A stretch of DNA of 64,000 bases from the NCBI RefSeq assembly GCF_009914755.1, contig NC_060926.1, one strand, 5' to 3'. A program made the position numbers and the translations under genes. Positions 1 through 12,195 of this stretch are shown here, piece after piece. Numbering within the stretch: position 1 is the stretch's first letter; each line of letters begins with the position of its first letter. The stretch comes from the human T2T-CHM13v2.0 reference genome, Homo sapiens. A model generated the notes under the pieces. It saw only the letters and a list, made by a program, of their open reading frames with translations. It had not been told where the DNA came from and did not search any database.

Positions 1-2110
1 CTATTAGGATATTTTCTCTACTTATTAATTTACAAAGGTTATTTCTAAATTGGGGCTATTAATCTTTGATCATGGAGGCTATTCATCTTTGATCTTCCAT
101 ATATACTAATCTTCCATATATAATAATTTTTCTACTTTATTGTTTATTACTTATGGATTATGAGAATTTCAAAAATATTTACATTTTTATTTATATGCAA
201 ATGTATTATTTTTTTCAATTAGGTTTCTATCAGTATTCTGATGCATAGGAAATCCCTGAAGTCTTTCTGAATTGCAAAATCAAATTGGACCTTTTTTTGA
301 TTACATTGTAATACTATGATGTTTTATTTAAATCTTTAATTTAGCTAAAATCTGTTTTCATATAAGGAAAATATCCTACCCAATTTTTTTACAGTGAACT
401 ATTTATCTCCATATCATTTATCAAATAATAATTTATCATTTATCTTTAAACATTTCACGTGCTATATTCTGTTTCTTAAGCAGTGAACTAACAGTATTGT
501 GGTTGCCTACTGTATGCCAGAGTTATTATCCAGAGAGTGATGAAACAAAATTCCTATTTAAATGAAATTAGCATTTTATTTTGGAAATAGGCAAATAGCT
601 TATTTCAGTAATATGTGATCAGGACTGACACTAGGAATCATCTCCAGGAGTTCTGTCTCTTTTTCTTTTTATTTCTATATGGGAACACATTTTAAAATAA
701 TCTTTCATATATCTCATTGTGTATATTATTCCAGAAAATGTGTACATATCAACCTAATAGTCACTGAGACAAGCTCTGCTTGGTATGTATGACTTTGCTG
801 GTTGAATCAGAATGACAATGCCTTCTACTATGATCTGCCTGCATGAGGACTTACGGACTTACTCCTCTTTTTTTTTTTTTTAAGTGTCACCAGGTCTGCT
901 CATGGTTCCAGAATGCCAGGGTCCTACTGCCTTCTGGATCCCTCAGTATAATTCTTCTATGTCCCCCTGGTTTATCTCAGTCACCCTCCAGAATCATATA
1001 TAATGCAGAAACACTGATGGTAGGTCACCAGCAGGAACTGCCTTGAAAGGAATGATGTTCCCCAGAGAAAGGTGTATCTATGCCATCAAAAGGCTCTCTA
1101 CAGGCTCATGTTTTCAAGCAAGATACAGAATCTGTCAAACTGTCAGAAACCCAGCATGAAATGAGTTTGTATGAAACCAAATCACAGTGCCACTGTCATA
1201 AGGAAACACTACTGCCCTTATTATTTTACTTGAAAATAAACAAAAATAAAAGTTTTTTATTCTATAGCTTTATTTCCTGATTCCAAGAGAAAGTTTCCCT
1301 CTTATAATCAAATGAAGTTAAAATAATATTCTAAATGTAATTTCAGTGTTTAGTTTTATCTGACCTCTGGAACCAAGTGGGCAATCACTTTGTGAGCTAA
1401 AACTTGAAGTTAGTGTAATATCATCATAGTTAACTTTCCGTAAAAAGTAGCCTCAAGCAATAATTGTAGGATCAGGTTAAGTTGGAAAAGATTTACATGT
1501 TGAGTCTCAGCAATAAAATCAGAACTAAAGAGTACACAGTAATGACGGTAAGTTGTGCTTCCAAGGATCTCATGTCTCTGATGAAAATAATAACTTCAAT
1601 ATACCCCTAATCCCCAAATTCTCTGCCAAAGGTTTCAGAGGAATCCATAGCCCTCATAGTACACTTCAGTGAAGTTTATCTGGTGTTTGGCTTCAAACTC
1701 CTAGAACTTTGCTATTCTGACATACCATGTTGAACCACCCATAGGCTCAGAGTATATTCTTCTGCTTTTCTACATTCGAGGCCAACTTCATGGTATACCT
1801 GGCTGTGCTTCCCTGGCCTAAGCCATGCCCTGATATTGGCCCTCGGAACTTCAAAATGCTCAAAGCTATAGAGAAAACAAATTAGAAAAAAAAGGCAGTG
1901 GGAGAATTTGTCAATGATTTTGATCCATTAATATTCCTGTCACTAAAATGGAAGCTTGAAATATTTACTAGACGTATCACTTAACAGCTGCAGCAAAGAT
2001 ACACACACTCACTTAGGATATGAGAGGCGATCATGGGAGATGTCTCAGGCACCACACCAAGCTAGTGGGCTTCAGACTGTTTTAATTCAGAGAATTAAAA
2101 ACAGAATCCA

Positions 2111-2557
2111 GATATTCTAGGTTTAATTTTTCTCCTCCTCCTTCTAATAACTCTAGTACTATTTTTGCCTGACCTCCTGAGCGACCCAGATAATTACACT
2201 TTAGCTAACTCCCTCAATACCCCACCCCACATTAAGCCAAAGTGATACTTTTCGTTTGCCTATGCAATCTTACAATCTATCCCTAACAAACTAAGAGGAG
2301 TACTGGCCCTTGTATTCTCCATTCTCGTTCTAGCAGTTATTCCCGTACTTCGGACGTCTAAACAACAAAGCATAATATTCAAGCCATTAATTCAATGCCT
2401 ATACTGAACCTTAGTGGCTGACCTACTTACACTCACATGAATCAGAGGACAGCCCATCAAATACCCTATTATTGCCATCGGACAGACAGCATCTATTAGG
2501 TACTTCTCTATCATCCTCACCCTTATACCACTGAATATAAACTACTTAAATGAAAAT
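2111..2557 (+). pseudogene. MT-CYB: Mitochondrial cytochrome b pseudogene fragment (C-terminal part)
   Basis: With the mitochondrial code, the frame from 2111 reads [66 protein letters not shown]...SKQQSMMFKPL...TW. The PEWY motif has become PKWY, there are in-frame AGA/AGG mitochondrial stops, and a small deletion/frameshift lies near 2533. Confidence 0.95.
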
Positions 2558-2624
2558 GCCCTTGTATTACAATTCAATACTGTGGTCTTGTAAACCAGAA
2601 ATGGAGAATCCCCTCCCCAGGACA
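2558..2624 (+). pseudogene. MT-TT: mt-tRNA-Thr pseudogene (within NUMT)
   Basis: gcccttgta...ggtcttgtaaacc...aggaca. TGT anticodon at 2589-2591, directly after CYTB. Confidence 0.9.
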
Positions 2625-2626
2625 AC

Positions 2627-2694
2627 TCAAGGGAAAAGCATTCCCGCTTCATCCTCAACACCCATGGCTGAAATTCTAATTAAACTACACCCTG
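2627..2694 (-). pseudogene. MT-TP: mt-tRNA-Pro pseudogene (within NUMT)
   Basis: tcaagggaaaagc...cacccatggctgaaattctaattaaactacaccctg. Matches L-strand tRNA-Pro in position and motif (attctaat..aaacta..cctg). Confidence 0.85.
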
Positions 2695-3665
2695 ATTTTT
2701 TTCCCAGCACACACTTTGACTACCATGTCAGTATTAATCAATTAGCACTAATACATTAGTGCTTTTAGGTACTTCGTGCATTACTGCTAATCCCCATGAA
2801 TAATATATAGTACTATAATTGCCTACTTGTACATAGTACATTCATATATAAGAATATACTACAAATCCAGTCCATATGCATATAAGCACAAATTAACAAT
2901 TCCTTAACTATCGCACATCTACTATTATAAAGTGTACAATAAAACCTAATCCACACGAATATTGACCCGTATTAGGAATGCTTAATATTACATAGTGCAT
3001 ACATTCGTTCATCGAACATAGCACATTTCAGTCAAGAAATCTCTCGTCAACATGGATATCTCCTACTAAATTTTGGTCTCTTAATCTACCAACCTCCGAG
3101 AAATCATCATCCGGCTCGGGAGTACTAGCCTCCTCGCTCCGGGCCCATAACACTAGGGGGTGACTATTTTGAAACTATACCTGGCATCTGGTTCTTACTT
3201 CAGGGTCATAAAGCTAAGATCGCCCACACATTCCACTTAAATAAGACATCTTGATGGACTAATGACTACCACCCTATTAACCAGTCACGAGAGCACTCAT
3301 GCATTTGGGATTTTTAACTTTGGTAGACGCTATCACTCACCATCGAGGAAGGCCTTGTCCCCTCTGAATCTGCTGTAGATGAACTCAGATTTGATTCCTG
3401 CCAGATCAATAAGTAGAAGCTGAGCTTATATTGAATATTCTGGGCTGGCATAATAACCATAAGCTGTTAATTAATTCATGCTTCAAAGACATAACAATCG
3501 ACACACATGCACACTCACGCACGCACACTCAGGCATGTACGTTCACGCACATCCGCTCAATTTCATGAACTATTTCCGATTAAATCCACAAACCCCCTAT
3601 CCCCCATCTCTGACTTTACCATCAACCTAGGTAAATGTACCCCTGCCAAACCCCAAAAACAAGAG
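2695..3665 (+). other. Mitochondrial control region copy (TAS, central domain, CSB1-3)
   Basis: TAS-like tacatagtacattcat ~2830, CSB1 gttaattaattcatgcttcaaagacataa ~3466-3494, CSB2 caaaccccctatccccc ~3589-3605, CSB3 tgccaaaccccaaaaacaaga 3644-3664. Confidence 0.92.
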
Positions 3666-4936
3666 ACCTGGAACCCAGAAAATTAAAAAGAGAGAAATTA
3701 TCCCAGGACTTGAGACCTAATTGAATTGGTTTGAGGGGCTTTGCCCTCCAAATTTGTATTAAAGTTTTACTTTTTATATAACAGAATTTGAATGACAAAA
3801 AAAATTAAAGTTTTTTGTGATCGTCAACTTTCTTTGAATAAATTTGGAAAATGACTAATATGTATATGTAATAATAGATATTTTTATAAAGGTTTCTTCT
3901 TTAACATTTTGGGGCATATTTTGCCTTTTTATCCTAATGACTAGACTACCAGGGACCAAAAGGTTTCTGAGGCAGACAGAATTTGACATTTTCTAAGTGT
4001 GTCTGTGACTATCTACTACCACCTTTGGAAGCTAATAAATATTGCGTGATTAATCTAAATTACAGATGTTACATCTGTCCCTTTATGCCAGCATTATAAA
4101 GAGATTTTACTGCTGCTCCTGCGATGAGAAAGTTACTTGTGTTCTGTCTTTGCTTTTATTTTCTTAATTTAATAATTAAAGTCATCCAAATTATTAGCTA
4201 TGAAGGGACTCTTTTTATGGATGAGAGATTTTAGGACTTCCTATTTATATGACATCATATGTTTATCTGGTAATTAAGCACCTGAATCAATATATCTTTT
4301 AGTGAGAAACAGAAGTTTAAATACTTCTACCAGAATGAGATCAACACTGTCGTTGTTTGTTTCCCAATCTCAGGATATTGCCATTAGCTAGGGTGGTCTC
4401 TCTAAGAGTGCGTTCGCATATCCCACAGTTGGATCATAAATTCGTTCAATAAATTTATAGAAGGCTAGAAAGACCCTCCCTCCCAACCTTCCTTCCCCAT
4501 GCCACGTGCATGCATCTCTTTCTCTGTTGTCTAAATATGCCCTATCTTAAACACTATGGAGGAGACAGGTACCTTAAACTGAGTTCCAGGGTTTATGAGG
4601 ACAGTGACTGTGCCAAGAGAAGACACCAGGATGAGGTATGAGCTGGAATAAGACCTAGCTGAATAGACATTTCCATTCTCTTGCCTCACGTGTGAAACTG
4701 TCTCTGCTCTTTGACACCGAATTGGTTTCAGTAACTCCTTCCCCTGTATTTTCCTAACACTGGAAGGTACCATGATGACCTCTCAATAGCAGGCCTAAGA
4801 TCCTGTTTATGACCTTAGTTACGAAGGATATGAAAAGTCAGTCATCCAAGCATTCTGTCTCTGCCACTTGCGAAGCTTCCTGTTACTTGTGTCATTTGGT
4901 GTCTGCTTTTGTACCTGGTATGTCCAAGAGAGATAC

Positions 4937-5251
4937 TGAGACAGCCAAGTGGGAGGGGGCCACTGGAGAAACTCCAACCAGCCTTTCCACTGGGGTGGAG
5001 CCTCGAGAAATTCAGGACATTCGCAGCAGGGAGGAGCCCGGTCCCTCCTCTTCTGCGTGGAATCTGGGATTGGAACGGTGGATGGGAAGCACTCTAGCAG
5101 GGGACTCTGGCCTTGCGGAGGATCCCTGTTTCCCTCTTTTCCCTTTTCACTCAATAAAACCCTGTTTCACTCACCCTTTAAACCATCTGCAAGCGTGACT
5201 TTTTGTGGCTGTAGGACGGACAAGAACCGAACTAAGGAAAGTCCTGCAACA
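4937..5251 (+). mobile_element. 5' LTR (MER61-like)
   Basis: TG...CA ends, AATAAA at 5153-5158, direct repeat of 9617-9930. Confidence 0.9.
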
Positions 5252-8200
5252 TTTTTGGTGTGCAACCGCGGGGACTCAAGAAGTGGTGAGTGAAATGGGG
5301 ATTCAAAACCTCTTTCTGTTGCTCCTAAGCCTTTTCATCCTCAGACATCTGAGGGTGAGGGAAACCATGCTCCCAGCCCTGTCGTTCCGGGGCCTATTCA
5401 TGGCCTTTTCCTTTCTTTTTCCGGACTGATTGGAGACCAGCAGCTCCCCACCGCTCTCCCCTCCCTGCCAGGACTTGGAGGCCTGGCCTACGGCGTGGCG
5501 GGCAGCTGGCTGCTGTTGTTCTGCCAGACACCCACAGAGTCTCCTCCTCCCCGGGACAGGGAGGCCGGCTGTGACCCACAGCAATTAAATTTGTCTCCTT
5601 GGTGGAGGAACCACTTGCATAAGAATAAGAGGCTCTTCTCCAGGCGTTTCTAAACCTTTTTTCTTCCCCTTCTCTGCCTCCTCAGCAGTTAACTTGTAAT
5701 TGTTTTTTGCCTTTTAGAAGATGTTTTACCAGGCCATGCCCCCACAACTGTCACTGTTTTTCTCTGCAAAATTTTGGTTGTGAAATCAAGCCTCCATCTT
5801 GTTTTATATCCTGAGGGCATCTTTGTTTAGCCATCCCGCCTGATGGGATGAGCCCTCTCAGGTCCCATATCTGCATGTTTTCCTAGCTCTGTTTTTCAAA
5901 TGGCCCCAGCCAGCGACTGGGTTCTCTCCTGCCTGTCTGTTTGTATACTGTGTGTGATGTCTGTAAAAAGAGCTCTGATTAATTTGGCCTAAAAAAGACA
6001 AGCGCTTGGATGTAATATTTTTTAAAGAGAAGTTAAAAGCTATGGAACCTTTCAGTTCACATAACTTTAATTTTTGAGAAATGAAAATAGCTCTAAAGAC
6101 GATCAGTAAAATGCAGGTATAATTAAAATATAAATAGGTGAACTAAACTATGCAGGTCAGATGCAAGGTTTGCTAAGTGTTTTGAGGTTACAAACTGCTT
6201 TTTGGGTTTTGAGACCTATTTGACTTGGCAGCTTCACAATTTGTAGGGTCTGGGGACATATGGAACTAACCAAGCCCTTAACTTAGAAGGGAAACCTTGG
6301 CTGCAGTTACCACACAAAGCAACTTAACCAAGTTTTCAAGTTAAAAATTGGTAGGAGTTAATTGAAACTATTAGAAATAGATTTACATGCAAGGTGTGTA
6401 AGAATAGTAAAATGTATTTTTTAGTAAAAGGTTATAAAACGGCCTGGAAATGTAAACTTCTGCCAGGATTAAAGGATTGTTTTGAGTTAAATTAGGAAAA
6501 AGCTGAAGGTTCAAAAAGTGGTGGAAAATAATCTTGCAGAAGAGGTTCTCTGAGTGAACATATTGACTAAATTCAAAAAAAATGATATTATGTGTTTTTT
6601 TTGTAAATCGAGCATTGAAATAAAAGCATAACAAAGTTTTCCTAAAGCTCTAATCTGCTCTTTGCAAAATTTTGTAAATGGATATAAAAGGTTTTTGCTT
6701 CTTTAAAATGTCTGAGTCATTATTTAGGTAAAGTAAATAACTTATGGTAATCTGGAATTCTATTTAATAATATCAAGTGTTTTAAACCTCAGACATTTAA
6801 CAGCCTTACCAAAATCAAACTTCAGTTTCAAAATTGTCTTCCCTGGCACCTGGCTTTTCCAATACATCAGAGGACCCCTGAGGTGTCCAGAAAAGAGAGG
6901 CAAACAGGATTATTTGACATGTTCAGGTACGTGGGATGGCCGAAATGATGTTCAATCTTCTTTAGGTCATATTTTTGGTAAATAATACCTTATATATGTT
7001 CCAAAATTGTATGGTATTTCTAAAATTCTAATGTCTGAGTATATGCTATCAATCATAATTAAGGTTTTTATGTTAAGTTATTTTAAACCACAGAAATGAT
7101 CAAACTTCTTTGCCAATCACGTTTCTAACTGTAACTACTCTGGACATTTTGCTATTCACAGACAATTGTTGTCTTGTTTTAATCCTGTTCAAAGACGGTT
7201 TATAATGAGCTATAGAACTTTTAGCAGGTGCTCTCAAATACAGGCCTCTGATAACTATAGAGATTGTAGCATTGGAATAAAGGAAAATGTATAGGACTGA
7301 TAAAGAGCTAAAATGTTGATGAATATCAAGTAAAACAAGATTTAACTAAATGGACTGAACTCTGGAAACAGAATCAAATCTTTTTAACCTTTGCTTGGAA
7401 TATTGCTTATCCATGTTTTGTTTTTCAGAATCCAGGAAACTTTGAACTATATACAACCTTTAATAATTAAGTAAGGTATACTCCTGGGATCAAGATTTGG
7501 AGCATGTTTGTTTCACTCTGCCTGGTTCGTCTAAAATTTGGATATTATCTCTGATTCTTATGGCAACATAATTGTTTGTATCAGTGCAATAAGAATCCAG
7601 TTTTCTTTTGCAACAGGACACAACTGGAGAAACTGGTAATTTTACCAAGGCTTTGACTGGAAGGGTATGCTTCCCTTTAAAGAGTCAGTCTCAACTTGCA
7701 GAGCCAATAAAAGTCCCATGGGAGACTGGCCTCCTACCCTCATCTACACAGTCCCTGTACAGAGTTCTTGACCTCTTGTGAGTAAAGAATGTCAATTTTT
7801 AACAGGTCTAGGAGCTCCAAGTTTATCTTAGGACCTTAAGAGGAGAGGATTAGCCAACTCTCAGGTATTTGAGGATGCAAACCCACGGCTGAGCTCGGCT
7901 TTAAAAGGTCTTGTCTGAGATTCCTTGTGGAACAAACTTCCATCAAAGCCAATCCAAAAGGCTTTTGTAGAAATAATTATTCTTGCTGCACTTTATGCAA
8001 ATAATCAGGGCAGTTATAAAACTAAAGTCTATGTTGCAAATAACACAGTCCTGTTATGATTTTTTTTTAACAAAAATGAGGACTAGAGAGAGAGAAGTTA
8101 TGCTTCAAAAGTCATCATATATTTGTCATTAAATTCTAAACTCACTAGTTGTTTTTAAGTTTTTGCCTACATTTTAGACTAACCTTGCTTGTTCCTGTGA

Positions 8201-9616
8201 ACCTACCAGCAATCTCCGGTTGCAATTCAGAAAGAACAAGAGGGATGGGTAATGTAAAACTCTGGATCAATATTCTAGTTCTGAGCAATTATCCTGCAAA
8301 TCCTGCCAGGTGATGGGAATAAATAGGATGCCCATCACTAGGAGGTTTCCTTTTTGGGAAAGTCAGACCAAGGGAACTAACCAAAGCCATGCATGCAAAT
8401 CCTAGCAAGCATAACTATAGCTACCAGTTATCTGGATGTGTTACAAGACATCCTTTTTTGTCCCTTGTTGGAGGAGGACTCAGTTCCACAGTTTCACCTT
8501 AGCATTCGGCTTATGATAAGGAGTTCATGCAAACCCCCAAGACACGTTTTTTTCCCAAAGTCAATTCGAAGCTTTGGGTCAAAGCCCTAGGAAAGAAAAG
8601 TAGATTGAGGGATCCCAAGGCAATGACAATAGAGGTTAAAAGGCACAGCACAGGTGAGTGTAGTTGATTCCTGCCGATTAAGCCAACCCCAAGCTTCCTG
8701 TTTCATGGATAAAGGCCACGTTAATATACGTGGGAAAAATGAGGTCTAGGGTACTCCAAAGCTACTGACAGTAGTGGGGATAGAGGCATAGGCAACAGCA
8801 GATAATTCCTATTCTCTAGGCTCTCCCTGCTTCATGGGTGCACACTGCTTTGGCACTCGTGGTGGGACCTGCCAAGGTCCCAGGACTCAGGGATGCAAGG
8901 ATGGAAGAAGGAAAGAGGACGTTCTTCCCTCTCTCCCTCACATACCCCAGGTATCTGCTAGGAAGAGAAGGGAATCAGGGAAGCCTGTTCCTCTTTTTCT
9001 AGTGCGTAGCCATTCATCTTCAGTCTGTACCCCTTTAGAATTCCTCCTAAACCCCTGGGACTCTTTTGAACAAAATGCCTTTTTTTTCCTTTCTTCTCCT
9101 CTCCTCTCTTCACTGATAGGTAATTGTGTCTCTGTACTACAAGGCACTCCCCTTGGATGTATCCTCCAAACAGGAACCAGTTAATTTCCCAAACCTTAAA
9201 CTGGTTGGTTTAGAATTGGGCTCAGGGGAAGGGAACCCAGAAGCCTGACATGCCAGCAAAAGGGTAAAGTTTTTCAACCAGTTGGGCTTTTGGCCTCCCT
9301 TTCCCTGGGCCAACTGGTAAAAGGCCTTGGAATTTTTGAGTTCTCCTTACCCCTCCCCTTGTTTCATTTTGATACGTGTTTTCTAATAACCCCATTTGTC
9401 TGTTCTTGCCTTCAGGCCATCAGACTCCAAACAGTCAGGCAACCGGAGTCTCTGACACTGGCCCCTTCTGCTGGGAACCCTTAAATAGGCCCTCCAGGGA
9501 GCTCTGACTGCCATTTATCCAAAATAGTGCCCCCGTCAGTAGGAAGTAGTTAAGATTGGTCTTTGCCCTTATTCTTAATCTAACTACAGTTAGATGTACT
9601 TCTTTAGAGGGGGAAA

Positions 9617-9930
9617 TGAGACAGCCAAGGGGATCCCTGGAGAAACTTCAGCCAGCCTACCCCCTGGGGTGGAGCCTCGAGAAGTTCACACCATTTGCAG
9701 CAGGGAAGAGTCTGGCCCCTCCTTTTCCTGTGTGGAACCTGGGATTCCAATGGAGGGTGGGAAGCATTCCACCAGGGGACTCTGGCCTTGTGGGGGATCC
9801 CTGTTTCCCCCTTTTTACCCTATAAAATCCTGCTTTACTCACCCCTTAAACCATCTGCAAGCCTAAATTTTGTGGCCGTGGGATGGACAAGAACCCCATC
9901 TTTAGCTGAACTAAGGAAAGACCTGCAATA
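9617..9930 (+). mobile_element. 3' LTR (MER61-like)
   Basis: Follows the PPT and is homologous to the 5' LTR. The poly(A) signal has decayed to ctataaa. Confidence 0.9.
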
Positions 9931-10737
9931 ATATGACCTCACTCTTGTTCCTCAATCCCGTGGGTCCTGACTCTCTGGCAGTCTCTATTTGGAATTTTCC
10001 ATCATCTCTTTCCTGTCTTGAATGTCAGAAACCCAATCCCCACTGCCACTCACATCATTTTGATTAGATTTTTCAAGTTATTGAATTTTTTTGCTTTTGT
10101 AGTTTGATGTTTTTAACCACATTGTCACCAATGATGCTCTTACTCCTTAGGAATCTTTAGTTTCTGTCCCCTCCAGTTCCCTCTTGATTCTATTCTGGGT
10201 TTCAGTCCCAAATTGCTACACAAAACTGGATAGTTGGAGTATAATATTTTATTCTCCACCTGGGGCTAAGTCACTTGCTGCATGCTCTTCTGCAGCTCCA
10301 CATTGGTCCTCTGTTTTTTCTTGGATTTATTGCCTGAATCTGTTTGAGTTTGGTTTTTGGTAGTTCGTTTTTTAATTTATATCCCAACAATCATCTGTTT
10401 TTTTCCATAAACATAACTATGACTCCCAGTCACCAACTTACAGTTATTTGGTGCTTAGAAACCAGGAGACTTTGTGTTGAGCATCTAATATTCATTACCT
10501 CACTTAGTCCTTCTAAACTCAATACGAAATAGCTGTCAGTTGCTAATTCATAGTAGACTCCTAAATGTTTCTAGAATGAATAATTGAATGGATCTTTATT
10601 TTATAATGGAAGAATCTAGGGCTTAGGAAAACTTTGTCCTTTGCACAAGATCAGGAAGCTAATAATAATTTTACCTTTATTAGGTGTTTCCTAAGTGGCA
10701 AGTGCTATTCCAAGTGCTTTTATGGGGATTGGTTGTT

Positions 10738-10739
<2 letters not shown>

Positions 10740-10787
<48 letters not shown>
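10740..10787. repeat. (TG)n microsatellite, ~23 units
   Basis: Perfect tg run seen directly. Confidence 0.99.
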
Positions 10788-10789
<2 letters not shown>

Positions 10790-11989
10790 CTTTTCTCATC
10801 ATCCAATAAAGGGAAAACAAAATGCTTCTGTCCTCCTAGAAGAATAAAATAGAAACAAATGGCAGAAATTTCAGAGAGGCTGAATATTCAATGAAAGCAA
10901 AACTTAATATGAACCACTTCTTATCCTAATGATATTCTCCGTTCTCCGTGAGGAATATAGTCAAGCAAAGTCTCTGCAGTCATGCCCAAAGGGTTCTATG
11001 GGATGAATTCCAGCATATGAGGAGTTGAAAGAGTGGCAAATGTATTAGATTTAGTTGTGAAGTGTCTATGACAAGATACCTTGGGTAACATAAACCTAAA
11101 CACAAAGACAGAGTTGATCGTGTATTTGGCTCTTCCTTGTTAATTAAGAAGGGATGGAACAGAAAACATGGATGGGAGAAATTTTGAATGAGTAGAAATT
11201 CAAGAGCAAAGTAAAGACTCAATTATTATTTTCACAACTTACTTTTCACTGTTGCCAAATATCTCACCATCCTAATTGCAGATATGTTCACAGAAAGTAT
11301 TTTTTCCACTCAATTTCCTCAAGCATCTTGCATTAGTATATATAGAGACTCTGCTTTACTATGTCAGTGATTTCCTTAAGTCACACAATTTAATTACTTT
11401 AGTGATATACTCATCTTTGAACAGATATCTTATATTTATTAAAAACTTGCTATATGGTTTTCAGATCTTATAGTAATTTCCTGAATCAGAAAATATGATT
11501 TTTATAAAATAGAGTGAATTTGCTGAACCTGGATTGTAATGTGAAGACAAACTAATATCATTTTAAATATTTTTGCATGAATTCCTTAAAATGTACCAAT
11601 TTTCACATTTATTTAGTTTGAGCAACACAAAAGATGATTACATGTAAATCCTTCACTATTTCCCCCAAGTGAGTTTCTAGAGATAAGTCTTCCCATCCAG
11701 GCCATAATTGCAAAAGGTATTTTATCCTGTCTTCAGCATGCCTGTTCTCTTTTGTCCTTAAGGCTTTTGTTGGAAAACCAATAGGAAAAATAAAGTCAAA
11801 GGACTGAAGTCATATTAAGTATTGTTAATAGTATGAAGCAAGATAATTAAAGGCACCAGGAAATTGTATCATACACTGAAATTCCAAAATGTAAAAGTAA
11901 GGCCGATTTTACATGGATTTGAGTTATGCATTCTAATATTTTACAGGTCAGGTCATATTCTCTCCAGAGAGATGCTATAATGTAATGTA

Positions 11990-12195
11990 ATGGGTAATTG
12001 AAAGAATAGGGCTTTTGAAGTTGGAGAACATACTGTGTTCAAGTTCTCGCCTGCCACTTTCTACCTGAATGAACTTGAGCAACTCTATCTCAGACTACTT
12101 AATTCATCTGAAAAACGAGAAAAATTGTAATAATAACTACTTCACAGGGTTACTATATAAATAAATATAATAATATTTGAAAAGTGCCTTATATT
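11990..12195 (+). mobile_element. MIR fragment
   Basis: ttcaagttctcgcctgccactttctacctgaatgaacttgagcaa...catctgaaaaa matches the MIR core. Boundaries approximate. Confidence 0.65.

Larger units (their letters stand above)
2110..3665 (+). pseudogene. NUMT: CYTB 3' part - tRNA-Thr - tRNA-Pro - control region (D-loop) to CSB3
   Basis: Colinear with vertebrate mtDNA gene order. Contains a CYTB peptide, two tRNA-like segments, the central conserved domain (ctcctcgctccgggcccataacact, catctggttcttacttcagggtcataaag, ttaaataagacatc) and the CSB blocks. Confidence 0.97.
4937..9930 (+). mobile_element. Complete non-autonomous ERV1 provirus, MER61-like LTRs with internal region
   Basis: Two homologous LTRs (4937-5251 and 9617-9930) beginning TGAGACAGCC. 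PBS-like tggtgtgcaaccgcgggg after the 5' LTR, PPT agagggggaaa at 9606-9616, TSD atac/atat. No long gag/pol/env ORF. Confidence 0.9.

Noticed and set aside
2550-2759. 69-aa ORF in the NUMT as a mitochondrial-derived micropeptide
   Set aside because: It runs across the tRNA-Thr, tRNA-Pro and D-loop pseudogene sequence, with no promoter or coding signature visible.
4937-5251. p53 response element, reported for some MER61 subfamilies
   Set aside because: I find no paired RRRCWWGYYY half-sites in either LTR.
4809-5584. Cluster of overlapping 60-130 aa ORFs, echoed at 9556-9931
   Set aside because: They arise from GC-rich LTR/leader sequence. The paired similarity simply reflects the two LTRs.
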